The notes: generated by a model from the sequence alone, not told the origin. Shown: positions 51,330 through 61,686, counted from the first letter of the stretch. The stretch is DNA of 64,000 nt from Candidatus Poribacteria bacterium (GCA_964291315.2 OZ219753.1:2592001-2656000), one strand, 5' to 3'. A program made the numbers and translations.

Positions 51330-52235
51330 CTATTCTTGACGGATTCCTTTGATAGCTAAATCAGCAATGAGATTCACAGCAAACGTGATAGTAAAAAGGA
51401 GAATACCGATAATAAAAAGGACTTGATAGTGTTCACCACCTCTAGCGACTTCCCCTAATTCTGCAGCGATTGTTGCTGTCAATGTACGGATCCAAGAGAG
51501 GGGCCCTGACGGAATGTTAACGGAATGCCCGGTCGCCATCAGGACAGCCATCGTTTCGCCGATAGAACGTGCTGCACCGAGCAGCACTGCTGCCAACAAT
51601 CCATTTTTCGCAGCAGGTAGAAGCACGCGGTAGACCACCTGCCATCGAGTTGCTCCGAGCGCCTCTGCCGCTTCCCGGTAGGAGTCAGGTACAGCTTTGA
51701 GGGCATCTTCAGCTATGGACACAATAATAGGAACGCTCATCAAAGCGAGCATGATGCTCCCATTTAGCATGGTTAAGCCGATGGGGGCGTTGAACACAGC
51801 AATAATCAGCTGATTCATCAGCGTCAACCCGATGAAACCCCACACAACCGAAGGGATAGCAGCAAGCAATTCAATGATAATTTTAAACATCTCTCTGAAC
51901 TTTGGACTACAGAATTCCGAGACAAAGATGGCTGCGCCTAGGCCAAAAGGAACTGCAAGACACATGGCTAAAACCGTAACGCTAAAAGTGCCTACAATTA
52001 AAGCGAAAGCCCCATATCGTTTGTTGTTCAGAGAAGTTGGTTGCCATTCTACACTTGTCAGAAACTCTTTCAAATCTAAACCGTTGAAGAGAAAACCTGC
52101 GCCCTCTCGAAATACAAAGAAAAAGATACCGAATACAAAGATAATCGAACTAATACCACAGAGACGGATAAATAATTCGATGGCTGTTTCAGAGAACGAC
52201 AGATCCGCAGTGCTTTTTTTGCGTAGAAAATTCAT
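51330..52235 (-). CDS. pstC: phosphate ABC permease PstC
   Basis: ELLAAIPSVVWG, REAAEALGA, RSIGETMAVLM. Confidence 0.93.
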   Translation of the reverse strand: MNFLRKKSTADLSFSETAIELFIRLCGISSIIFVFGIFFFVFREGAGFLFNGLDLKEFLTSVEWQPTSLNNKRYGAFALIVGTFSVTVLAMCLAVPFGLGAAIFVSEFCSPKFREMFKIIIELLAAIPSVVWGFIGLTLMNQLIIAVFNAPIGLTMLNGSIMLALMSVPIIVSIAEDALKAVPDSYREAAEALGATRWQVVYRVLLPAAKNGLLAAVLLGAARSIGETMAVLMATGHSVNIPSGPLSWIRTLTATIAAELGEVARGGEHYQVLFIIGILLFTITFAVNLIADLAIKGIRQE

Positions 52236-52241
52236 GTGTTT

Positions 52242-53171
52242 TTACGAGCTCTCTAACGGTACAAAACCGAGTTTCTCAACAATTGCCTGACCCGCTGCGG
52301 ATAGAATCCAATCAAGATATACTTTAATTTCGCCTATAGGTTCACCGAGGGAATACATGTATAGCGGACGAGCAATAGGGTAGGTCTTTGCAAGAACGTT
52401 TTCAAGGGTTGGCGGGTAATAAGGCGAATCCTCATCAACAGCAACCGCTAACATTTTAACGTGTGAGGTTGCATATCCCATTCCGCTGTAACCCATCGCG
52501 CACGGCGTTCTTCCAATTACCTCTACCACATCTTTTGAACCGTGCAAATCTAATGAGCCGATGCGAAAATCTCTGTTTTTCCCTAGAAGCGCCTCGCGAA
52601 AATAGAAGTAGGTGCCAGAATTAGACTGCCGACTGATGCGAATAATTTTGTCACTCGGACAGCGGCTATGTTTGATACCGAGCTGACTCCACCGGGTTAT
52701 CGTGCCTTTCTCACCATAAATTTCTGCAAGTTGTGGGATCGTGATTTTATCAAACGGCACATCGGGATGCACATAAACCGCAAGGGCATCGTAACCGACA
52801 ATAAATTCCTGTGGAACTTTACCCGTGTTTTGCTCCGCCTGCTCTAATTCTTTCGGTTTAATCTGGCGACTACAGTTGGCAATATCTACGGTTCCGTTGA
52901 TGAGCGCGGCAACGCCTGTGCCAGAACCACCACCTGATACTTCTACTGAAGCCCCGCTAGTCACACCGCTGTACATCTCCGCCCATGCTTGCGCGAGGTT
53001 CACCATTGTGTCCGAACCTTTGTTTTTGATGATGACATACGAAACCTCGCTACTTGCCTCATCTCCACTATCTTTGCCAGAACAACCGTTGATAACAAAT
53101 ACACACGCCAAAACGAGTATAATTTTTATGATTAGGTAACTGAACCAACTATCCCGCCGCATCCGCATCAA
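52242..53171 (-). CDS. pstS: phosphate-binding lipoprotein PstS
   Basis: Lipobox INGC; GSDT, GGGSGTG, SR, SGT..YF, YPIARPL. Confidence 0.93.
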   Translation of the reverse strand: MMRMRRDSWFSYLIIKIILVLACVFVINGCSGKDSGDEASSEVSYVIIKNKGSDTMVNLAQAWAEMYSGVTSGASVEVSGGGSGTGVAALINGTVDIANCSRQIKPKELEQAEQNTGKVPQEFIVGYDALAVYVHPDVPFDKITIPQLAEIYGEKGTITRWSQLGIKHSRCPSDKIIRISRQSNSGTYFYFREALLGKNRDFRIGSLDLHGSKDVVEVIGRTPCAMGYSGMGYATSHVKMLAVAVDEDSPYYPPTLENVLAKTYPIARPLYMYSLGEPIGEIKVYLDWILSAAGQAIVEKLGFVPLESS

Positions 53172-53200
53172 TTTGCCTCTCTTGAAAGATTTTGAATTAA

Positions 53201-53234
53201 ATTATAACACCCAATTGTTACGAAAATAAGACAA
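53201..53234 (-). promoter_or_regulatory. Pho-box-like site plus -10 element upstream of pstS
   Basis: Minus strand TTGTCTTATTTTCGTAAC-10 bp-TATAAT; 13/18 match to the E. coli Pho box with canonical spacing. Confidence 0.7.
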
Positions 53235-53355
53235 AATTCGGAATTTTTGTAATTCGCTATCACAATCTGAAAAAAGGATGCCCAAAGTCCTTACCTGCTA
53301 ATGAAAAATAAACGAGTGAGCAGAAGAGGAAAAGAGGTCGAGAATTCTCTGATTT

Positions 53356-53384
53356 TTGACAATCAAACAGCTGCATGTTATAAT
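53356..53384 (+). promoter_or_regulatory. sigma70-like promoter of RM gene
   Basis: TTGACA-17-TATAAT with extended TG. Confidence 0.7.
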
Positions 53385-53567
53385 AATGTTATTAACAAAT
53401 AAGAAGGTGCCGACAGCAGAACGCGGGGCATGCATTATCCCACTCAAATTGTAAATCTCATCAGCAGATAGCTTGGGTTTAGAAACGCTTTTTTACAAAA
53501 CCGAAAATCTCGACCGCCAGTTTGATGAATATCGCGCTTCAGGAAAATAATAGGACTGACATCTAAG

Positions 53568-56500
53568 ATGAACAAAGAAAAAGATGAAGAAAGAAAAACC
53601 ATTCGCACAGCCCTAGCGGCAATGGCCACAGGCGACCTGCTAGAAACGTCAAAGGCACTGCTTGCAACGCTCGGATACCGCAGCGAACGTACGCTCGAAC
53701 TCTCCGGAACGGTAGACGATTTCATTCAGGAATTTCCAGCGCCCACCCCTAATACTAAAACCGAACAAGCCCTCCGAGAAGACGCCTCATCCGTCAAACT
53801 TCTCTTCCAATTCACAAGCGACGAAGTCTCCGATGCCCTGCAGCAGACACTCTTTGAACCCGAGGACTTCGAGAAGGGGGATGTGCAGAGCTTCCTTTTC
53901 TACGCCGTTGACCTGAAAAAGAAGGCCTATTCCCGCACAGAATATGCTCAGTTGACACGCGAGATCAATAAACGTCTGATCGCACCGAGCGTCGTCTTCT
54001 TCCGGGTTGAAGACCATCTGACAGTTGGCTTCACCAATCGCCGTCCGAGCAAAACGGACGCGGCCCGGGATGTGTTAGGACACGTCACACTGATTAAGGA
54101 CATCCGGCTGAATGGACCGCATCGTGGACATGTGGACATTCTCTGCGATCTCTCCCTAGAGGCGTGTGTAGCATGGATGACTGCCAAGAGGCAAACGGAG
54201 AACTTTGAAGGGTTGCTCGCCGCGTGGCTAGCGATGCTGGATACCGAGGCACTCAACAAAGCGTTCTATCGGAGGCTCTTTGCGTGGTTTCAATGGGCAG
54301 TAGCGGAGGCAAAGTTCCCAACAGACGAGGCGCGGATCTTGAATCCCGAGGAACACGTCATCCGTCTGATCACACGGCTTCTGTTCATCTGGTTCTTGAA
54401 GGAAAAGAGGCTTGTTGCTGAGGCGTTCTTCAACGAGGTAGAGATGCAAGAGGCGCTAACAGAGGAGGCCATGACAAGCGGCGACGCTTACTATCGCGTG
54501 GTGCTGCAAAATCTCTGCTTCGCCACATTGAACACAGAGATAGGCAAGCGCGGGTTTAGCAGCAAGAATAACACGGGACATCGGAACTTTTCAAGGTACC
54601 GGTACAAGGATCAGATGCAATGCCCGGATCAGTTGCTAGATCTCTTTGCGGAAACTCCTTTTATCAACGGCGGTTTGTTCGAGTGCCTCGATAGCGAGGC
54701 AGCAGTACGTGACGGGGGGTACCGGATAGATTGCTTCTCTGATACGGATTACAACAAGGTGAGTCTTCCGGACGTTCTCTTCTTTGACGCGGAGAGAGGC
54801 TTGCTCTCGCTGTTTCAGGCGTATAAGTTCACAGTTGAGGAGAACACACCGATAGAGCAGGAGGTGGCGTTGGATCCCGAGCTGCTGGGCCGGGTTTTTG
54901 AAAACCTGCTCGCTGCCTACACGCCCGAGACAGGTGCGACCGTCCGGAAGCAAACAGGCTCGTATTACACGCCGCGCCCGATTGTAGACTATATGGTGGT
55001 AGAGTCGTTAGTTGCTGCACTCTCTGCGAAATGTAGTCCTACTGATAAGGATGTGGAGCTTTGGAAGGAACGGCTGCACTATCTCTTAGACTACGCGCAG
55101 GCGTTTGAGGACGCGTCTGAATGGTTTGACGATGTTGAGACGGCTAATGTCGTGCATGCGATTTCAGATCTAAAAATATTGGATCCCGCGGTGGGATCAG
55201 GGGCTTTTCCAATGGGAATGCTGCATAGGTTGACGCTTGCACTCCGGCGACTTGACCCCGACAACAGTCGATGGGAAAAACTGCAGAAGCAACGGGCTGC
55301 GCAGCGAGCCGAGGCGGCGTTTGAGACGCAGGATGACCAGACACGGCGTGAGGAACTTGTTGACATCGACGAGACTTTTAAACGTTACCGAGATTCAGAC
55401 TTCGGACGGAAGCTATACTTAATTCAGAATAGCCTCTTCGGTGTAGATATACAGCCCGTGGCATGTCAGATAGCGAAGCTCCGTTTCTTTATCTCACTTG
55501 CAATTGAACAGGAACTAGTGCAAGGCGCGGCTAACTTCGGCATCAAGCCGTTGCCGAATTTGGAGACGCGCTTCCTTGCTGCGAATACGTTGATAGGACT
55601 TCACGGGGATCCGACCCTCATGAGCGAAAAGGCGCTAGATTTAGAGCGTGCCCTGAGCGAGAATCGAGAGCGTCATTTTCACGCCACCACTCGTCGGCAA
55701 AAGCTAGCTTGCAAACGCAGAGATGCGGAGTTGCGAGGTGAATTAGCGGTGGAGCTGAAGAATATCGGCATGCCTGCGGATGCCGCGGAAAAGATCGCAC
55801 ATTGGGATCCGTATGACCAGAATGCTGCTGCGAACTGGTTTGACCCCGAATGGATGTTTGGGGTTGCCGAGGGGTTCGATGTGGTAATTGGCAACCCGCC
55901 GTATGCTAAAAGCGAGCATGTGTCCGAAAACTATCGCGAAAAACTGAAAACTCACTACGGTTGGGTTGGCGATTTATATGACCATTTCATCTTTGCCGGC
56001 TTTGCCTTTGTCTCTGATGAGGGACTTTTTTCTTACATCGCCAATGATAGTTTCGTGACCTTTTCAACAAAAAGGAGGATTCGAGACCTATTTTTGGAAA
56101 ATCAATTAATTCGCCTTGTTAAAGCCCCCGCAAATACTTTTGAAGCCCAAATATATACTGCTATTTTTATTTTGTTGAAACAAAACGCAAGCGATCCACA
56201 TAGCTACATGAGCGGCGAAATGAATTTTCCCGATTTCCAATACCGTTCAAATGGGGCGGTAGATTATACGACGATTCGCAAAATTCCAGATCATAAATTC
56301 CTGCTTAGTGGGAAAAATAACTGGGTATTGAGACTCTTTAATTTTGAAAATGTTGAAAAATTCTGTTCCGTTTTGGATACTGGAATCCACTCAGGAAATG
56401 TCAGACCCAAGATCTTCTTTAAGGAAAACAACGGTAGAAGGCATCGTCTTTTACAAGGCAAGCAGATTGAAAGGTACGCCCTTCAGTGGGATTCCCCGAA

Positions 56501-57062
56501 AGCAAAATATATGTTTTGCGATGTTAACTATGAGCCTCTTCCAATTCCCGGTATTGGCCGAGGCGGAAACCCGAGCAAACGAAACGAATACTGGCATTTT
56601 TGTGGCGATATTGCAAACCACCATCAACCTGAACGATTACTCATGCGTCAAACCGAGGACGATCTGATTGTTGCTTATCATAGTGAGGCGGAGCATGGAC
56701 ATTTTTATACCGATAATACTTTATTTACTATTCTTCCCAAACCTCCAAAAACTAATCTGAAGTACCTCTTAGCAATTCTCAATAGTCGATTGTTGAATTT
56801 CGTATATCATTTTATTTCGCAAGAAAAAGGTAAAAGTCAAGCAGCAGTGAAGATTAAAGTTCTCCAGAAATTGCCAATCGTTGTGCCAATAGAAAACGAA
56901 CAACACCCAATCGTTGATTTGGTGGATCAAATCCTTGATGCCAAACGCACTGATCCAAACGTAGACACGGTTGAAATAGAAGAAGAGATTGACAAACAGG
57001 TATACGCCCTATACGGTTTAACCGAAGATGAGATTAGGATTGTGGAGGAAATAACAGAATAA
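53568..57062 (+). CDS. type IIG-like (Eco57I family) restriction-modification methyltransferase with TaqI-like C-terminal TRD
   Basis: NGGLF, GSYYTP, LDPAVGSGAF, GVDI, GNPPY, YLLAILNS. Confidence 0.9.
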   Translation: MNKEKDEERKTIRTALAAMATGDLLETSKALLATLGYRSERTLELSGTVDDFIQEFPAPTPNTKTEQALREDASSVKLLFQFTSDEVSDALQQTLFEPEDFEKGDVQSFLFYAVDLKKKAYSRTEYAQLTREINKRLIAPSVVFFRVEDHLTVGFTNRRPSKTDAARDVLGHVTLIKDIRLNGPHRGHVDILCDLSLEACVAWMTAKRQTENFEGLLAAWLAMLDTEALNKAFYRRLFAWFQWAVAEAKFPTDEARILNPEEHVIRLITRLLFIWFLKEKRLVAEAFFNEVEMQEALTEEAMTSGDAYYRVVLQNLCFATLNTEIGKRGFSSKNNTGHRNFSRYRYKDQMQCPDQLLDLFAETPFINGGLFECLDSEAAVRDGGYRIDCFSDTDYNKVSLPDVLFFDAERGLLSLFQAYKFTVEENTPIEQEVALDPELLGRVFENLLAAYTPETGATVRKQTGSYYTPRPIVDYMVVESLVAALSAKCSPTDKDVELWKERLHYLLDYAQAFEDASEWFDDVETANVVHAISDLKILDPAVGSGAFPMGMLHRLTLALRRLDPDNSRWEKLQKQRAAQRAEAAFETQDDQTRREELVDIDETFKRYRDSDFGRKLYLIQNSLFGVDIQPVACQIAKLRFFISLAIEQELVQGAANFGIKPLPNLETRFLAANTLIGLHGDPTLMSEKALDLERALSENRERHFHATTRRQKLACKRRDAELRGELAVELKNIGMPADAAEKIAHWDPYDQNAAANWFDPEWMFGVAEGFDVVIGNPPYAKSEHVSENYREKLKTHYGWVGDLYDHFIFAGFAFVSDEGLFSYIANDSFVTFSTKRRIRDLFLENQLIRLVKAPANTFEAQIYTAIFILLKQNASDPHSYMSGEMNFPDFQYRSNGAVDYTTIRKIPDHKFLLSGKNNWVLRLFNFENVEKFCSVLDTGIHSGNVRPKIFFKENNGRRHRLLQGKQIERYALQWDSPKAKYMFCDVNYEPLPIPGIGRGGNPSKRNEYWHFCGDIANHHQPERLLMRQTEDDLIVAYHSEAEHGHFYTDNTLFTILPKPPKTNLKYLLAILNSRLLNFVYHFISQEKGKSQAAVKIKVLQKLPIVVPIENEQHPIVDLVDQILDAKRTDPNVDTVEIEEEIDKQVYALYGLTEDEIRIVEEITE

Positions 57063-57130
57063 ACCCTACGAATCACTATAGATAGAGCAAAAGAGGCATC
57101 TCCGAATTTGGAACGCCTTTCTACAGCGGC

Positions 57131-58531
57131 CTATTCAGCAATATACCCTGTTCTGTCTGTGTTCCCGCCATATTTCAACGCGTAAACCAGTAGATTCGAC
57201 ATAAACCGATAGACATCCGTGGAGCGCCGAAGTCGTAACATCGTGCGGCTCTCAATCTCCGCGGTCTCCATCGCACACATGTAGTCCTTACGGTTATAGA
57301 CAACGGCTAACCGATTGTCAATAATAATCCCTTTCTGAAAACGGAACTGTGTCGGTTGTGCGTTGTTTTCATTTCCCCAGAACACATCGCCCCCCGTTGG
57401 CGGTTTCGGCAGCTTGTAGTATATATTATAGAGTTCATGGTCATGCGGTAGAATATCTAGCGGGTATTCTGGAAAGATCTGCTGAAGTTCGTCAGCTACG
57501 ACATGTGCAAACAAGCCGTTGAAACCGCAATCGTCAAAGAAAAGCATGCCCCCTTTCTCAACAATATATTTCCGAAGTGCGACGCGTTCCTGGGACGTAA
57601 ACCGCAGCTGCAAAGGGCCATCTCTTGCGAGTCCTCGTCCGACAGTGATGTCTTTATCGTGTCCTGTCATAATGATGAGAGGGGCATCCATGATTTGCGA
57701 GTCAGTGAGAGGTAAGGCACCGCCTTTGAAATTCATATCTGCCCGGATAGAAGTGTGGTCTCTCAACCATCTGATAAGTGCTGGAATCGCAGTTGGATCT
57801 TGCCACCAATCCGAGAGTGAATGTTTGAGTCGGATGAGCCGGATATGCCCACGAATCTCGTTTCCAGCTCCTTTGAGAATACCGCCCAATTGCCCTTTAG
57901 GGAGCTTCACTAGTTCCTTTAAGGCGATATCAAACCGATCGTCTAACGCGGCTGTTGGGACTGATCCGTCGAGAAATTTGGAGAGTCTGCTGTTGCTTGT
58001 GCTAGTAGCGGCTTTCTGTGGCGTCGGCAACACACTTTTTTTAAGGATCGGTGCTTCTCTTACAGACGTGCCAGCGATATCCGCGGATGCAGAGCTTGGC
58101 TTCTCAGCTCCGGGCAGCGTGGGAGATACCGCACCCCCTGTGGAGGTTAGGATATCCGGGTCAACATTCAAGAACGGAATTTGCTTTACGCCTGTTTTCT
58201 TCTCCACCGGCAGCGGCGTTAAATTGGACCCGTACTTCGGGAGGTCAGCCGCGGCAGTCGTTTCCACATAAGGAATAGGGTGGGTGGTTCTGACATTGCG
58301 GCGGGTCGGACGAATGGACGAAGCTGTTCTTGGAGCCGAGAGCGTGACGAATGCCCCTTCAAAAGTATCTTGGTTCAATTCCCTCCGCCCTGAGAACAAC
58401 AACGCAGCAAGAACGACAAAGAGCAGATGCAGTCCAATTGAAGCGATAACTGCGATCCATTTATGTCGCGAGTTCTCGTTCTTCAAAGGAACAGGTTGGG
58501 TGGGCAGGCCTTCAAAAAGTTTTTGTCTCAT
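57131..58531 (-). CDS. membrane-anchored DUF4159-like protein
   Basis: N-terminal SIGLH TM (TonB-like anchor), Pro/Ser/Thr linker, DWWQDP, MTGH, GG.LFFDDC, HE.Y..YY. Confidence 0.75.
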   Translation of the reverse strand: MRQKLFEGLPTQPVPLKNENSRHKWIAVIASIGLHLLFVVLAALLFSGRRELNQDTFEGAFVTLSAPRTASSIRPTRRNVRTTHPIPYVETTAAADLPKYGSNLTPLPVEKKTGVKQIPFLNVDPDILTSTGGAVSPTLPGAEKPSSASADIAGTSVREAPILKKSVLPTPQKAATSTSNSRLSKFLDGSVPTAALDDRFDIALKELVKLPKGQLGGILKGAGNEIRGHIRLIRLKHSLSDWWQDPTAIPALIRWLRDHTSIRADMNFKGGALPLTDSQIMDAPLIIMTGHDKDITVGRGLARDGPLQLRFTSQERVALRKYIVEKGGMLFFDDCGFNGLFAHVVADELQQIFPEYPLDILPHDHELYNIYYKLPKPPTGGDVFWGNENNAQPTQFRFQKGIIIDNRLAVVYNRKDYMCAMETAEIESRTMLRLRRSTDVYRFMSNLLVYALKYGGNTDRTGYIAE

Positions 58532-58539
58532 GGCAATTT

Positions 58540-59109
58540 TTATAGATGTCGCTGAATATGTAGATAGCTCTGGGCATCCAATTCCCGATAATCTTGAATA
58601 TCATACCGATTCCCCCGTACATCCGTCACGAAAAGCCGCGCTGGGGGAACCTGCTTAATGTTCTGATTCAACCCGCGTACCAAGAAAGTTATACGCCCGC
58701 GCTCGGTTTCAACCTCCCACTCATGGATCCCGAATTGCTCCTTCACGCGATACACCTTCTGAATTGTGGGCGTGAAGTAGCGTTTATCGAGTTCATCTCG
58801 GAGGATCTTCAGACTTTCCGAATCTAGTTCCGCCGGGTTAACGAGGATCCCGATCTCCGTATCCTCATCCGCGGCGAGAGAGATGTACTGGTCCGGATTG
58901 CTGAGTGGCATAAGCCTCCGCACTATCACACGTAGATAGCATGCCTCTTTTCGAATTTCCAGGCGCGCCGTACCAACTTCAGACCGCGTGAACGTTAGTG
59001 TCGTTGGGTCTAGATAACGTGGTGTAAAATCATCTGGCTCGGAGAGCGCCGAATTGATTGTAGGTGCTGTCGCAACAGTTTCCTCTTTGACTACATTTTT
59101 GTTTTGCAT
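58540..59109 (-). CDS. DUF1854 domain protein
   Basis: R..P.SNP..YIS, EIG, RYF.P.I, W.VETERG, D..GNRY.I. Confidence 0.82.
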   Translation of the reverse strand: MQNKNVVKEETVATAPTINSALSEPDDFTPRYLDPTTLTFTRSEVGTARLEIRKEACYLRVIVRRLMPLSNPDQYISLAADEDTEIGILVNPAELDSESLKILRDELDKRYFTPTIQKVYRVKEQFGIHEWEVETERGRITFLVRGLNQNIKQVPPARLFVTDVRGNRYDIQDYRELDAQSYLHIQRHL

Positions 59110-59111
59110 CT

Positions 59112-61432
59112 CTATCTCCCTACAGTTTGTGCTTCTGCCCGGATGTTAGCGGCTTCGCGTTGCGTTTCGACGAGTTTGTAGTAGATACCCTTTTTCTCCA
59201 TAAGTTCCTCATGAGAGCCGGACTCGACACCCTTCCCCTTTTCAATCACAAAAAGCCGGTCGGCATTTCTGAGCGTCGAAAGCCGGTGGGCGATCGCAAA
59301 CGTTGTCCGATTCTGCACTAATCTATCAATCGCTTGTTGTATCTTCTTCTCTGTCTCCACGTCCACAGACGAGGTGGCTTCGTCGAGGATTAAGATACGC
59401 GGGTTGTGTAAAATAGCGCGCGCGATAGAGATACGTTGTCGTTCGCCACCAGACAACCGTCCCCCGCGTTCACCCACCTCAGAGTCGTAACCGTCCGGGA
59501 ATTTCACGATAAATTCGTGGGCGTTCGCGGCTTTCGCTGCCGTGATAATATCCTCCATCGTTGCCCTGGGATGCGCGTAAGCGATGTTCTCAGCGATAGT
59601 TCCACTGAAGAGATACGGTTCTTGCAACACAACCCCAATCTGTCGGCGCAGATCTTTCAGATCAATCTTCTTGATGTCTTCGCCATCAATTTCCAAACGT
59701 CCCGAGTCGGGCGTATAGAACCGACAAATCAGATTGATCAACGTAGATTTCCCTGCCCCGGAGTGCCCAACAAGTCCGATCATCTCCCCGGGTTTCACAT
59801 GCAGATTAATATCCCGAAGCACCGGTTTATGTGAGTCATAGCCAAACGTCATATTGTGGAATTTGACTTCTCCGGTGATGTTAGGCATCGTTTTCAACGT
59901 TCCGTCGTCCAACTGCTCTGGTTGCGAGTCTATGACCTCAAAGAGGCGTTCAGCCGCGGTCATCGAACGGGATGCCCAATTGATGAGTGGGCTGATATAG
60001 CGGAGCGGTTCATAGAACATCGCAAGGTATGCGTGAAAAGCCATCAGAGTGCCGAGCGTCATTGTCCCGCTGATAATGTTGAGCCCGCCGACGTACCAAA
60101 CGATGAGAGTCCCCAGCTGGATTGCGAACATCAGAGGCGGGTAATAGGTAGCCCAGATTAATTCAGCATCCGTCTCGTAATCCCGAGCGTCAACGTTCGC
60201 CTCAGTGAACCGGCTGACCTCACCGCGTTGCTGTCCAAAGGCACGAACGACTCGGATCCCAGATACCGAGTCGTTGACGACATCAAACAACTTTGAACGC
60301 CGCCGCCATGCTCGATGCCAAAGACTGCGCACCTTTTTCCAGAACCAGCCCGCCCCGAACACAATTATCGGAATCGGGATTAAGATGAAACACGCCAATT
60401 GCCAATTCATCCAGAAAAGCATTCCCCCAATCCCAAAGAAGAGCAACAGCTCCACCGCGAGAAACGACAATCCTTCTAGCATAAAGTCTTGAAGTCGTTC
60501 ACTATCCTCTGTGATATGTGAAATGACCGTTCCTGTTTTACGTTTATCAAAAAACGGATAGACAGGTTGTGTAGATGTTGATAAACGTGTGCCCGGATGT
60601 TTGCTGCAACTCGGAACGTCAGCCAAGCCCCGAAACGCAAGCGGAGAATTGTGAAAACCCCCTGGATGATCTGTGTCATTAACAACGCGCCTACAGCAAT
60701 CGTCAATGCCAGCGCTGGTTGTTGAATGGCGCGGAAAACACTTCCCAATCCTGTTTCTGATGTCCCTTGTGCAGCAGCGGTAGCGTCGTTCAAGAGTAGA
60801 ATATCATCAATTAGAACACGAGAAAAATACGGGGGTACAAGCGAAATGAGCGTCCCCGCAATCACGAATAACATGAACAGGATCGCCCGACCGCGATAAG
60901 GATGTATGTAAGTTAGGATCCGTAGCATCACTTTGTGTTTTTTAGTACAGGCTGGACAGGGCGAAAATTCATCAGGTAACGGTAAACCACACGATTGACA
61001 GAACTGTTCCGCCGGTTTATAGTCCCATATCGGGGCCTCATCCCGTTTCCCGTTTCGGAACTCAATCTCGTCACCGATAAACCGGGCAACAAAACCGAAC
61101 TTCGAGGCACACCCATTTGAGTAGCGAATGAGATCTATTGTCCCGTTCTCTGTTTCAAGCACTAAAATCCCTGCATCTACAACGATCTCCGCACGGATCC
61201 CTAAAACGCTCTTGTATGGAGCGTAGTGCAGCACCTCACCTTCCGCTTTTACGGTAAAAATTGCTGCGTCTGTCAGCACAAACCACTCTTCGCCGTAGCT
61301 ACCGGACGTATCTATGTCACTTTGAACAGCAAATCGGATCTGTTCTGGATCGATATCTAATTTTTTCAGGGTCTCTTGAACTAAACCGGGTATTGGGTCA
61401 AGCGTACCCGTTGGTGTTTCTGTAGTTGACAT
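59112..61432 (-). pseudogene. fused ABC exporter (N-terminal extension with Zn ribbon + TMD + NBD), split by a 1-nt deletion near 60550
   Basis: CQSCG..CPAC; GHSGAGKST, LSGGERQR, LDEATSSVD, IAHRLST; ORFs join if the T6 run at 60549-60554 is T7 (possible read error). Confidence 0.8.
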
Positions 61433-61437
61433 TCCTT

Positions 61438-61686
61438 CTATCTACCTCCGTTCTTGCTTCCCAGGCGTGCGTCCGGATACTTCCAAGGTTTCTTGCGGTT
61501 AATAGACTTCCAACGCTTGGAATTAACACGTTGAACCGCATATATTTTTCGACCACACCTGCATCGCAAATCGTGGACATGCCCAGTGGAGCAGGTCTTT
61601 CTCACAACAAAGTCAATACTTTCTTGATGGACGCGGTAACCGCACCTACATGAATAACAAACCAAGTACATCACGAATATCTCCAT
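61438..61686 (-). CDS. small Cys/His-rich basic protein
   Basis: CYSCRCG, CSTGHVH, CRCG; GGAG RBS; stop 5 bp before the ABC start. Confidence 0.6.
   Translation of the reverse strand: MEIFVMYLVCYSCRCGYRVHQESIDFVVRKTCSTGHVHDLRCRCGRKIYAVQRVNSKRWKSINRKKPWKYPDARLGSKNGGR

Noticed and set aside
57519-58271. 250-aa plus-strand ORF
   Set aside because: Antisense to the DUF4159-like gene with no recognisable motifs.
61438-61686. Classical RiPP precursor
   Set aside because: No modifying enzyme, C39 peptidase domain or leader motif nearby; the Cys spacing fits a metal-binding ribbon better.
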